Shown here piece after piece: positions 25,079-36,807 of a stretch of 63,717 nt of DNA; position 1 is the first letter of the stretch, and each line of letters starts with the position of its first letter. Below the pieces are notes generated by a model that worked only from the letters and a program-made list of their open reading frames with translations, was not told the DNA's origin and made no database searches. The translations under genes were made by a program, and so were the position numbers. The stretch lies in the NCBI RefSeq assembly GCF_001194135.2, contig NC_068982.1, positions 46,788,342 through 46,852,058 of the forward strand. The letters run 5' to 3'. The stretch is from Octopus bimaculoides. Lineage: Eukaryota.

Positions 25079-26209
25079 GGATCTAGTCCATCTCAATCAC
25101 AGATTTTTTAATTAATTTTTTTTAACTAAACAGTTTGAAACTTCAAATACTGGTAGAATTTCTCACATAGAACACAATTTACTCTGGATGTTTTTGACAA
25201 AATTTCGTATTTTAGAAGTTATTTCCTGTTAAAGTTGTCATATTGGCATAATTTCAACCAATCAACGACATGTATTCGTTCAAGAAAGCTACTGCTGTTT
25301 GCAATAACAATCGAAGAGGAACAACTTCCGGGTCATCTCTACTAAATGTCACTACTCTGTTCAAAAATCAACACCATAGAGCAACAAGCCTGCAGCTAAC
25401 TTTGTTGTTGTTGAAGAATATGTAGTTTCAAAATGCCTTATTTTACAACTATGAGATGTACTGCTATTGTCATGATTTTATCTTATTATAATCAACAACA
25501 AACACACTTTGTCAATATAAAAGTCTTTATTACATAAAAAATAACAATTATCAAAACATGAAGGTAAAACAAAACAATTAGTGGCTTATACACTGGAAAA
25601 TACAGTAATTGTAGTGGCTGTGACAAATTTGATCGCTGGTTGCTAGTTGATAGTGTAGAAGGGAGGGAAAGACTAAGGAATGCATGGTGCTGACTAGAAA
25701 GGAAGGAAGGATAAAAGTGACATTGTCTTCGCTCGCTGTACAAATAGAACAGAGTGGTGACATTTAGTAGAGATGACCCGAAACTTGTTCCTCTTCGATT
25801 ACTATCGCAAACAGCAGCGGTTTTCTTGAACCGAATACACGTCATTGATTGAAATTACCCAAATACAACAACTTTAACATGAAATAACTTCTAAAATATG
25901 AAATTTTGTCAAAAACGTTCAGAGTAAATCATGTTTACTCTACATCTAGTAGAGATGACCCAGAAGTTGTTCCTCTTTGATTACTATCACAAACAGGAGT
26001 GGTTTTCTTGAACCAAATACATGCCATTGATTGAAATTACCTAAATACAACAACTTTAACATGAAATAATTTCTAAAATATGAAATTTTGTCCAAAACGT
26101 TTGGAGGAAACCGTGTTCTACATGAGAAATCCTACCATTATTCAAAGTTTCAAATTGTTCAGTTAAAAAAAAATAATTAAAAAATCTGTGATTGAGATGG
26201 AATAGATCC
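25079..26209. mobile_element. Non-autonomous long-TIR (fold-back) DNA transposon with 8-bp TSD
   Basis: Termini GGATCTA...TAGATCC, flanked by CATGCTAG at 25071-25078 and 26210-26217. Arms 25079-25362 and 25747-26209; the right arm has a 182-bp internal duplication. It interrupts an RTE 3' tail that resumes at 26210. Confidence 0.85.
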
Positions 26210-26580
26210 CATGCTAGCATGGGTTGGACAATTTGACTGAGGGTTGGTAAGCCAGTAGGCTGCACCAGGCTCCGATCTGATCTGGCAAGGTTTCTACAGT
26301 GGGATGCCCTTCCTAATGCCAACCACTCCATGAGTGTAGTTGGTGCTTTTTATGTGCCACCAGCACAGGAGCCTGTCAGGGGGTACTGGCATTGACCACG
26401 CTTGGATGGTGTGTTTTAGGTGCTATGGGAACAGGAGTCAGTCAAGGGGCACTGGTATCGGCCCACGCTCAAATGTTAATTATTAGATGCTACCAGCACA
26501 GGTGCCAGTCAGGCGGCACTGGCCACAACTATGATTTCGATTTCACTTGACTCAACAAGTCTTCTCAAGCACATTGCATA
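26210..26580 (-). mobile_element. RTE-type LINE 3' end (its last ~35 bp lie at 25040-25078)
   Basis: Reverse complement of the RTE tail family, split by the fold-back element. Confidence 0.8.
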
Positions 26581-27839
26581 TATATATGTATATATATTGT
26601 CAGTAAATCATAAATCCGAAAAAGAAGCACATTTTAAGTTACAGAGCAGTGGAGAAATTAGATGAAGATAATTACGGCCGGCCTATGGAGTTACCCTGGG
26701 CTTCATGTCCATAAAGTGCTTAGCATCACAGCGTCTCTTCAGACCCTAATGGCCAGTGGCCTATAAACCTCTCTTCAAAATGAAGGAAGAAAAGCTCTTG
26801 TGGGTGTGAAACACAGGGTAACTCCAAAGACTGGCCATAACTATCTTTATCTAAATATATATATNNNNNNNNNNNNNNNNNNNNNNNNNNNNNNNNNNNN
26901 NNNNNNNNNNNNNNNNNNNNNNNNNNNNNNNNNNNNNNNNNNNNNNNNNNNNNNNNNNNNNNNNNNNNNNNNNNNNNNNNNNNNNNNNNNNNNNNNNNNN
27001 NNNNNNNNNNNNNNNNNNNNNNNNNNNNNNNNNNNNNNNNNNNNNNNNNNNNNNNNNNNNNNNNNNNNNNNNNNNNNNNNNNNNNNNNNNNNNNNNTATA
27101 TATATATATACATACTTAGATAAACATATATATAAATGTATGCATGTATGTATGAATGTATACATATATATACACACATACATGCACACACTTACTCAGA
27201 AGAATGTTAGCATAAGATGAAGAGAAATAGGTGCACTGAACGAAAATAGCTTACAGTATATTTTACCTGAGTTAAGGCTTTTAATGCTTTCATAAAAATA
27301 AATAATTGATAAGTTCTGAGATCAGCAAAATCAACAAAACCCATTCAAGGCAGTATCCCATCATATTCTAAGACCAATGATTGAGTCCAGGTAAAGAAGA
27401 AATTATTAATTATTAACAACAACCATAATTATTAATGATAATTACCTTTTTGATCTACAAAGAACTGACCATTAGTCCAAGAAGATAAGAGGCTGACATG
27501 CACATTTAAAATATTGAGATCATTTAAAAGAAAATATTCCTCTAACAAAGAGCTTTCCATACTTTTTATGGAACGAATGCTTTCAATAAAAGTTCATGCT
27601 TGAATGCATTTTCTATTGCTGATCACTGAACTGCAAAGTAGGCAAAACAGTTCCAGCCCAAAATGTAACAAGCTCACTTTGCAACCATGTGGTTTTGGTT
27701 CAGTCCCATAGTATAGCACTTTGGGCAAGTGGCTTCTACTATATCCTTGGGTCAATCAATGTCTTCTGAATGATTTTTGTAGACAGCAACTATGTGGAAG
27801 TCCATTATATATTGTATAAAAATACATACAATATATATT

Positions 27840-28260
27840 GTATATAAGGGGTGCAGCATCGCACCAATAACCAGCTAGTGGAAGATCTACCTGGGGTTAA
27901 ATTAGTAGTAACATGGAACAGACTTTACTTTATAGTATAGTTACTACTCTGATCTCTTCTTGAGGTTTTATAACTAGCTATTTTGCTTGTTGCAAATCAG
28001 ATGGTCGCTTTGTTTACAATATATCGCTGGCTGGAGCAGACCCTGGCTATCACTCTAGTGACCAGGTACCCATGACTAAAGACAAGCCTACCAGCTTGAA
28101 ACTAAGTTGGTCTTGTGATCCTGTTATCTGCTAGAAGATGGTATGGTTTGCTCCCCCTGCTAGCAATATATATTGTCTATAAAGGGTGCAGTGTCACACC
28201 AATAACCAGCTGACAGAAGATCTGCCTGAGGTTAAACTAGTAACATGGAACAGCCACTTT
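27840..28260 (+). repeat. ~335-bp unit with ~85-bp terminal redundancy and a degenerate hammerhead-like motif
   Basis: GGGTGCAG...CACCAATAACCAGCT...GAAGATCT.CCTG.GGTTAAA at 27849 and 28184; motif at 28071-28117. Confidence 0.65.
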
Positions 28261-28304
28261 GATGTAGTGATTGACTTTATTTATATATATATATATATAT
28301 GTTT

Positions 28305-28377
<73 letters not shown>

Positions 28378-28554
28378 AGTGCTGAAAAGTGCCTGGCTTT
28401 AAGGGTATCACAAAAGGCCTGGTTGGAGGCCCAGCCTTCCGAGTTCTTTTACAGGGCTTAGAAAAGCTGAAGGGCAACTACAATAGGTGTGTGAATCTGA
28501 GAGGGGTTAACAAGGAAAATAGTCTTTGCATGTGGCAGGAGCACATGTACAGTA

Positions 28555-29410
28555 AACACTAGAAATGTAGGGATACCTAAAAGTAGTTGATAGCTTCTGT
28601 TATCTTGGTGACCAAATCAGCAGTGGAGGCAGATGCTCCAAGAGCATAGCTGTTAGAAGAATAGGCTGGGCAAGGTTCAGAAAGCTCCTACCTCTGCTGG
28701 TAACTCCCCCTCAGAGTGAAAGGCAGATTGTATGGTGCCTGTGTGCGAACAGCTATACTACACAGCAGTGAAACATGGGTTGTGACTAGTGAGGACATCA
28801 GAAGGCTTGAAAGAAATTAATCTAATACACTTTGCTGGATGTGCAATGTCAGTGTGCATGTATGACAGTGTAAGCGTCTTGAGAGAAAAGTTGGGCATAA
28901 GAGGCATCGGATATGGTGTGCAAGAGAGACGACTGCATTGGTATGACCATGTGATGCACATGGGTGAAGACAGCTGTGCAAAGAAGTGCTGATTTTTAAC
29001 TGTTGGGGGAACCTGTGGAAGGGGTAGATCCAGAAAGACTTGGGATGAGGTGGCAAAGCATGATCTTTGAACGTTGGGCCTCATAGAGGCAATGACAAGT
29101 GACCGAGACCTTTGGTGATATGCTGTACTTGAGAAGACTCATCAAGCCAAGTGAAATCATAGCCATGGCTATTGCCAGTGTCATGTGACTAGCACTCATG
29201 CTAGTGGCACATAAAAGCACCCATGCCGGTGGCATATTAAAAGCACCCATTACACTCTTGGAGTGGTTGGCATCGGGAAGGGCATCCAGCTGTAGAAACC
29301 ATGCCAAACCAGACTGAAATATGATACAGCTCTCTGACTCGCCAGTTCCAGCCAAATCATCTAACCCATGCCAGCATGGAAAGCAGATTCTAAATGATGA
29401 TGATGATGAT
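28555..29410 (+). mobile_element. 5'-truncated, decayed RTE-clade LINE
   Basis: SFCYLGD-like segment, then LRVKGRLYGACV, SVSVLREKLGIRGIGYGVQERRLHWYDHV and GRSRKTWDEV, followed by the 3' UTR and (GAT)n tail. Confidence 0.88.
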
Positions 29411-29455
29411 ATATTATTAGCAATGGAAGAAGTATTAATACGAAAACGTAATGTG

Positions 29456-29940
29456 GATGCCTAGTTAGAACATCAAATACTGCGTTGTTAGCCTTGAGAG
29501 ATCCTCACATATAGACACTTGGTGCATAAATGCACACACGTAGATCATAGCTGATGAGAACCAGCTGTCATGGACTTCAAAACTCACCATATCATGCGAT
29601 TTCATTCTACTGGAAATCATCAGTGGACATAAAGATTACTTTTTAGTATTAAAACTTCTTCCATCACTAATAATTAATTTTTAATAAGCCTACTGGTTAT
29701 TTGTGACATGAGTGTCTGAAAAGATCCAGATATATTATATAACATAGCAGCAAGATTTGACTGTAGCCTTCCACTTATCATTTCCACTAGAATGAAATCA
29801 CAAGATATGGGGGTTTTAACACCAATGACATGTGGTTCTTGTCTGCTATAATCTATGTGTGCACTTTTATGCATCAAGAGCCAATATGAAAGAGTCTTTT
29901 GAGGTTAATAATGCAGTATTTGGTGTTCTAACAAGACATC
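29456..29940. repeat. ~172-bp imperfect inverted repeat with a hammerhead-like motif at the inner end of each arm
   Basis: 29456-29627 aligns with the reverse complement of 29769-29940 (roughly 70-75% by eye); spacer about 140 bp. Confidence 0.85.
29587..29626 (-). ncRNA. Candidate minimal type I hammerhead ribozyme
   Basis: Minus strand: cca CTGATGA t-ttc-cagta-gaa-t GAAAT cgcatg ATA tgg. All core nucleotides are present with an AUA cleavage triplet, but helices I and II are only 3 bp each. Confidence 0.5.
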
Positions 29941-29974
29941 TTTATTAAGTTGAATATAAGGGTAAAGGATAAAG

Positions 29975-30290
29975 ATATCCTTTTTAATCATGAATGACCA
30001 TGGGATTGCACCTTGAAAGTTCCCTTCCTAAACACAAGTCTGGGCAAGGTTGCTTCTGAAAGACCAACAGTCACCCAGGCATACCAGCATCGCCAATGTT
30101 GTCCAAGAGAAAGGCATACGCTGATACAGTTTGGCACCAGTGACATCACAATTCATTTCTACAGGTGAGTGAACTGGAGCAACGTGAAATAAAGTGTCAT
30201 GCTCAAGAAAACAACACAGCCCAGTCTAGGAATCAAATTCACTACTTCATGATTGTGAACCACTGAGCCATGCATCTTCACTATGCACTA
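29975..30290 (-). mobile_element. Family-C SINE
   Basis: Reverse complement of 36808-37150. Confidence 0.8.
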
Positions 30291-30292
30291 TG

Positions 30293-30528
30293 TTAACCCT
30301 TTTCATACAAACCTGCCTAAGATCACCCCAGATTCTATGATACAAACTTTATATTTTAAAAAACCTCCCATCTAAATTAAAACCTTCCGTTGAAATTTTA
30401 TGCTTATATATGTTCCAAAAGCCACCTTAACAATGGAAAAGTTATTTTACCAAATTCTTCATTATTTTCAAAATTAAATGAAACAAAGACAGAGTTTTTG
30501 AAAAGAAATATGGCAAGAAAAGGATTAA
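30293..30528. mobile_element. piggyBac-type MITE
   Basis: TTAA|CCCTTTT ... AAAAGGA|TTAA termini. Related elements start at about 57385 and span 60568-61276 (the latter interrupted by a SINE). Confidence 0.65.
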
Positions 30529-31408
30529 AAATATAATTTCTAATTTATTTGTTTTGGTGCTTTACAATCTGAGTTTAAATCACACAGAAGTTAACTTTGT
30601 CTTTCCTCCTTTCAGGATGAAAAAAATATCAGTGCAGTACTGGAGCTGATGTCATTGACTAAAGTCATCTCTACAATTGTGTGATTAAAGCAAACATCTT
30701 AAGTAGATAGCCATGCCTCACTTCTGCAAATACCTTGATTCATTTCTAGAGCTCTTTCACAGTCACAGTTTAAGCACAGACATGGCTGTATGGTAAGAAC
30801 CACATGCTTCTGGGTGCCATGCAGTGAGAATGAACCCAGAATCATGTGGTTGGGAAGCAAACTTCTTTTGCCTAAACTGGAAATTATTGAGATTAGCATA
30901 ATCCTTAAATCATTGGACAATATGCCTCACAGTGTATATTTTAGCTCTTCACATTCTGAGTTCAAATTTCACCAAGGTTAGCTTTGCCTTTTATTCCTTC
31001 AAGGGCAACAAAATAATATACCAATCAAATACAGGATTTGTTTTAATTGACTAAACCCCTTCCTTTTCCCCAAATCTAAGCCTTGTGCTTATGTCAGAAT
31101 TTTTTCATATTTTTTTCTACTGGTTTTAGTCACTTGGCAGTTCCCTTGGCAGTTTTATTCAATTAGAATCGACCGCAGTATTTTGTCCGGTATGTATTAT
31201 GTGACCCTCGGAGGATGCCAAGACATAAATCTGACTGATCGTTAAGGAACATAATCAGAGACAGACCAAAATCATCTTTATTTTATGCCTGGTTTCCTTG
31301 CAAGCATGGTGTGGACTGTAAGTCAGAGCATCAATCAGTTTCTATTTGGAGTGACCATGATTCTTGACAGGATCTCAAAGACTAGAGGGAGGAAGGAACA
31401 AAGGTATC

Positions 31409-31861
31409 TTGAACTCTTTAGCATTTATATCAGCCATATCTGGCCCATATACTCTACCTGATTTGTGCCCAAACTGGCCACATCAGGCCTCTCACACTTA
31501 CCCTATAATTTCATTGTAAATATAAACAGTTACCACACTAAAATTTTGAAGATACAAGATAATACATGATTAATTCAAAACAAAGTAAATAAATAAGCAT
31601 TATATTTAACCCTTTCGTTACTGTATTTATTTTGAGATGCTCTGTGTTTCTTTCAATTACTTTAAATATAACAAAGAATTTAGTAAAATAACTTAGTTAT
31701 CATTCAGTTAGTGTTAGGAACATAAATTATGACTAAGGTTTAATGGAAGATTTTAATTCAAAACTTATAAAAACAAGGCATTTGTACTCAGAGCCAGAGC
31801 CGGTTTCAGCCAGGTTGGTAACAAAAGGGTTAAAGAAGTAATATGAATTCTAAAAGGTTAA
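31409..31861. mobile_element. piggyBac-type MITE nested in another piggyBac-type MITE
   Basis: Inner element TTAA|CCCTTTCGTTAC...GTAACAAAAGGG|TTAA at 31606-31833. The flanks rejoin to the reverse complement of the 42438-42989 family. Confidence 0.75.
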
Positions 31862-32270
31862 ACCAAATATCTGGCTTGAATGCTAGCAACAGAGTGGACT
31901 CCACCAAAGGTATTCCAGGTGCCAAGTGGTTGTGTTAAACTGGACAATTTGCACTCTGAATGAGAGTAAAAAGAAAAAGGACAAATAGTGCTAGATAACT
32001 GGATGTTCTTACAGTTTTACAAATCCAGTGTTTGAAATGCTGTGTTTTCTCAATCTTGAAAGATAAACAGCAAAGGTGATCCTCCCAGACATGCTGGAGT
32101 AGCAAAAATTATGTTCACATAATACACAGATTTTGCTCTGCAATGCCAGTATACACAATTTGTTAGTAATAATGAATTTTAATTTTACCATTTAAATCAA
32201 CATGAAATTAAATTAGATTAAATTGTCAAATGTGTAAAAGAATTTAAATTAAAAATAGATTATATCTCAC

Positions 32271-32311
32271 CAACTTCATATTTACAACTAGCTAAGGAAA
32301 CACTCAACCAT
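32271..32311 (-). CDS. TTLL6: 41-nt exon of the TTLL6/TTLL13-type gene
   Basis: Acceptor ctttctttttgtttttttgcag and donor G|gtgaga. Encodes (x)WLSVSLASCKYEV plus one G that joins TT of exon 17368-17486 to give Val; corresponds to the recalled TTLL6 segment LVINLSSCRYESV. Confidence 0.9.
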
Positions 32312-32849
32312 CTGCAAAAAAACAAAAAGAAAGAAAAAATCTAATATTCAGCCATTTTATTTTATTTCACATTTTCATATATTAAATTTCATCTTTCGAT
32401 TCTGTCATAAATTGTTTGACTTTACAAAATTAAACATTTGCATATACTGTGCTTATTAAAATAGGTGGAAGTACAGTAGAATGAAAAAAGGTTAAACCAG
32501 TAATGACAGTGAAGTTGATGTTGATGCTGATGATAGCGGTAGTGATTTGGTAATAATTGTTGTTGTTTAACCCAATGTCAGCCATAATCGAGCATTAAAA
32601 GTCATTCAATGTTTTAGTTGAACACAGAGTATCTAGGTCAAGACTACATTACCCAATAAAACCTTTGTTTTTTGTTTTTTGTGTGTGTTTAACCCTTTAA
32701 TGTCCATGTTCCATTTTGGCATGAGTTGGATGGTTTGACAGGTTCTGTTGTAAAAAAAATATATGTTAGTGACAGAGGCAGCATTAATATCGAGAAGTAA
32801 TATTTGTCCCCACTTAAACGTGGATGTTCTGTTAGAACAAACTATACTG

Positions 32850-33310
32850 CTGTAGTTACCATGAGAAAAAAACTCTGATATTGGCTTTTGGTGCAGAATG
32901 CATGCTTGTTTATAACGCTAGTAGGGAGATAAATCCCTGCTGCCTCCAGCACTGACTCCACCCTAGCATGACCACGTGAACTTCTGTCAAATGTAAACAT
33001 AACAGGCTGGATATTGTTGTTTGGGACAGAGGGGCAAAGGTATGTACCATCATAGAGGTCAGCTGCTCTGTAGATGTAAATATCCCTTTGAAAATAAAAG
33101 GAAAGGAGGATATCTAAGGACAACTGCTTCAAAACATTCAGCTTCTATATCCAGACTATGAATTCATATTCATACCAATAATAATTGGAGCACTAGGTTT
33201 TGTTAGTAAATGCTTAAAAGAGAATCTGGATAAACTGGGATTTTCAGAAAGAGAAATCAACCAGCTAATTCATACATCACAAATGCAATCTATGAGTAGA
33301 ACAGTACAGG
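32850..33310 (+). mobile_element. 3' end of an RLE-type (R4/NeSL-like) non-LTR retrotransposon
   Basis: Plus strand reads CKHNRLDIVVWDRGAKVCTIIEVSCSVDVNI..KEDI*GQLLQNIQLLYPDYEFIFIPIIIGALGFV, a PD..D/E-type endonuclease signature with stops. Confidence 0.8.
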
Positions 33311-33499
33311 TACTACTCATTCTTGCCAGCTGAGTGGACTGGAGCAATGTGAAGTAAAGCTTCTTGCTCAAGGATACAATACACTGCCGATAACCGAACT
33401 CACAACCTTATGATAATGAGTCAAATCACTAATCACTAAGCCACACATCATCACCATTTAACATCTACTTTCGTGCATTGTAGAAATATAAGCAGTATA

Positions 33500-33830
33500 A
33501 AAGGGTAAAAGGGCAAAGACCCTCTTTGGTCATGAATCACCGTGGGATTGCACCTAGAAAGTTCCCCTCCAAAGCACAAGTCCAGGCTAGGTTGTTTATG
33601 GAAGACCAGCAGTCGCCCATGCATACCAGCCTCTCTTCTCCATGCCACTAATATTATTGAAGGGAAAGGTGAAGGCCAATACAGCTTGGCATCACTGATG
33701 TTGCAACACGTTTCTACAGCTGAGTGTGAACTGGAGCAATGTGAAATAAAGTGTATTGCTCGAGGACACAACGCACAGCCCGATCTGGGAATCAAACTCA
33801 CTACCTCATGATTGTGAGCCCACATAGTAT
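33500..33830 (-). mobile_element. Family-C SINE
   Basis: Reverse complement of 36808-37150, including the B-box-like head. Confidence 0.8.
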
Positions 33831-34731
33831 ATTGCACATAAATTCTAATAACAAAATCTTCTATGGACCTCCAAGGGCCACAGGGACCCCAGTTGAGAAT
33901 CACTGCCATAGACAAAGCTTCTCGAGTCTCTGAACAACTGTCAGATTGTTCTTCATGTGCTTAAGAGAGTAGGAGTGTATCTTAGACAGAAGTATATTTG
34001 ACCCTTGTTGCAAGATAAAGGATAAAAAAAAAAAAAACAGTGACTTCTGCAACTGCTCAAGCACTGTACACAGAATGATGGTTCATTGTCTTATTCTGAT
34101 TTCATTTTGATATTCCAAGTGAGTGATATTTAATCAAAGTGCTTACTCATTTGAGAAACAAATGATTTTATGAGGAATGAATAATTTCAGTGAGAACAAA
34201 CAAGTCTTTTAACAACTTTTATGTAATTAACGACCTGAGTTTGTGATAGTGATTTATTTACTGAAATTATGTTGTTGTTGTTGTTTCTGCTGCTGCTACT
34301 GCTGCTGTTATTGCTACTGTTGCTTGCTACTGCTGCCGTTTTCAGCCAATAGATTGGTAGAATCATTTAAGAATCAGACAAAATGCATGTAATATCTGCT
34401 CTGGCTCTCTAGATTCTGAGTTTAAGTTCTGCTGTAGTCAACTTCGTTTTTCATTCTTCAATGATCAACAAAATAAAGTACCAGTGAAATACTTGGGTTG
34501 ATTCAAACTGACTAACTCCTTTTCCCCAGATTTCTAACCTGAGATCAATGGATCACTGGAACTGGTTGAACACCAGACCAAATGTCTTACAGTATTTAGC
34601 CTCCCTACCTTATATTCTGAGTTGAAATACCACCTGGTTTTACTTTGCCTTTTATCCTTCTGGCAGGAAAGTCAATAAAATAAGCACCAGTCACGTACTG
34701 GGCTGTTGTCATTATTCCCTCTCTGTGAAAA

Positions 34732-35102
34732 TTATTACCTCTGCCTTAGCGAAGATGGAGGTGTTGTTTTTAGTCATGTTTGTTTTGTTGTTTGTCCATG
34801 GACAAGATATCTCAAGAACTGCTGGATGGAGTCGGATGAAACTTTCAGGGATGTTTGGCCTTGTAACTGGCATGAACTGATTATATTTTGGGATAGATCC
34901 AGTACTGGACAAGAATTCTGGATTATTTTTCTGCTTTTTTTACTTAATTTTTGAGAGTGGTCAGGTTCATTTTTAGTATTCTAGTTTGTTAGGGCAGTCG
35001 AGTTTATTTCAGATATTCTCATTTTAAAAATCATCCCTGGTGAATCATTAAGAGGACGTTGGTGTTACCTTGGCGGAGGTTTGCATTCTCAGAGTGCTCT
35101 TA
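34732..35102 (+). mobile_element. Helentron-associated non-autonomous element (HINE/DINE-1-like)
   Basis: Subterminal inverted repeats ACCTCTGCC (34737) / GGCGGAGGT (35072), 3' hairpin GCATTCTCAGAGTGC, T-rich flanks; second copy at 49206-49572. Confidence 0.7.
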
Positions 35103-35137
35103 TTATTACTATCATTATTTTTATTAAGGAGAAAAAC

Positions 35138-35950
35138 TAGAAGTAGTTGATAGCTTCTGCTATCTAGGTGACCAAGTTAGTAGTGGGGGAGGATGTGCTG
35201 AAAGTGTAGCTGCCAGAATAAGAATAGCTTGGGCAAAGTTTAGAGAGCTCTTACCTCTGCTGGTGACAAAGGGCCTCTCACTCAGAGTAAAAGGCAGACT
35301 GTATGATGCATGTGTACGAACAGCCATGCTACATGGCAGTGAAACATGGGCCATAACTGCTGAGGACATGCGTAAGCTCGCAAGAAACAAAGCCAGTATG
35401 CTCCGATGGATGTGTAATGTCAGTGTGCATACTCGACAGAGTGTAAGTACCTTGAGAGAAGAGTTAGACCTAAGAAACATCAGTTGTGGTGTGCAAGAGA
35501 AACGACTGCGCTGGTATGGACATGTGGCAACAATGAATGAGGGTAGCTGTGTGAAAAAATGCCACACCCTAGCAGTTGAGGGAACCTGTGGAAGAGGTAG
35601 ACCCAGGAAGACCTGGGATGAGGTGGTGAAGCAAGACCTTCGAACTTTAGGCNNNNNNNNNNAGAGGTAGACCCAGGAAGACCTGGGATGAGGTGGTGAA
35701 GCAAGACCTTCGAACTTTAGGCCTCACCAAGGCAATGACTAGTGACCGGGACCTTTGGAAATATGCAGTACATGATAAGACCCGGCAAGCCAAGTGAGAG
35801 CATAATCTGTAGCCTCTGCCAGAAGTGTAGCCAGCTCACTTATTCGTATTTTTACTTCATTGGATGCTAAACTCTGCTTGTGAAGACCTATTGAGGCAAA
35901 TGAATTTGAAATCTGAAATCAAAATCGAACCGAATCCGACGACTGTGTGA
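35138..35950 (+). mobile_element. 5'-truncated RTE-clade LINE
   Basis: ORF 35263-35670: LRVKGRLYDACVRTAMLHGSETW...RLRWYGHV...GRGRPRKTWDEVVKQDL, followed by 3' UTR. Confidence 0.9.
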
Positions 35951-36807
35951 ATTATTGTTTCCTTGCCTTGGCATTGTATGACAGTTGTAAATGAATATCT
36001 CCATGATTCAAAGCAGCGTCTTTCATTCTCAATCTTTCATGTAGTAAACATGTCTAGTCATGGGGTAACATTACCTTTCTTGGAGACAGGTGAGGAGGGT
36101 TGGTGAAAAGGAAGAGCATCCAGCTGTAAGAAAATCCACCCCAACAAAATTCCATCCCCACCATCTATTTGAAAAAGTAGATATTAAGGCAATGATGCTG
36201 ATGATGATGACAACGACGATGATGATGATGAGAATGATGATGATGATGGAGATGAGAATGATGATGATGATGAAGATGATGATTTCATACAGCCAGCCAT
36301 CCAATGAATCCTAGTTAGGAAATATCACACAAATAATAATTTAAATGACATGGTACAAGTCTATAGTGTGCTGATTTACAGCTTTATGTCTTGCATATCA
36401 ATACTCCACTGTTTTTACATTTCATAAGAAGTGACATTTACTAAATGTTTATATATTATTCAATATTTGTATTTCTATCAAAATATGCTGGCTGCATAAC
36501 ATAAGATAATGTTGAAAGCTGTTTTCATTCGAATATTTTACAATTCCTACTTATCAGTAGTTGTTAAAGAAAGTAGCATCAAAATTTATTGAGTATACTT
36601 CAGAATTTATTCCTTCAAATTTCAATAAAATTTTTCCTTTGATTCAAGAATTCACCTACACACACACACACACATACACACAAACAGAGAGCACTGGAAA
36701 ATTCTTATCATCTCCAGACATTTATCTGAGATAAATAGCTTTGGTAACACTGGAAGAATATCTATATGGTACATTTATATATATAGTGGTGATAGATTAA
36801 GAAGGAA

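Noticed and set aside
29545-29600. Plus-strand CTGATGAG as a second, opposite-polarity hammerhead (similar hits near 8360, 21731, 50606, 58975, 61430)
   Set aside because: GAAA is missing or mutated and helices I/III do not pair.
32842-33132. Minus-strand ORF with apparent acceptor and donor, 550 bp upstream of the 41-nt TTLL exon
   Set aside because: It is the antisense of an RLE-type LINE endonuclease on the plus strand, and its phase is incompatible with the TTLL exon.
35593-35721. ~59-bp direct repeat inside the RTE fragment
   Set aside because: Identical copies flank a 10-N gap, so this is most likely an unmerged contig overlap.
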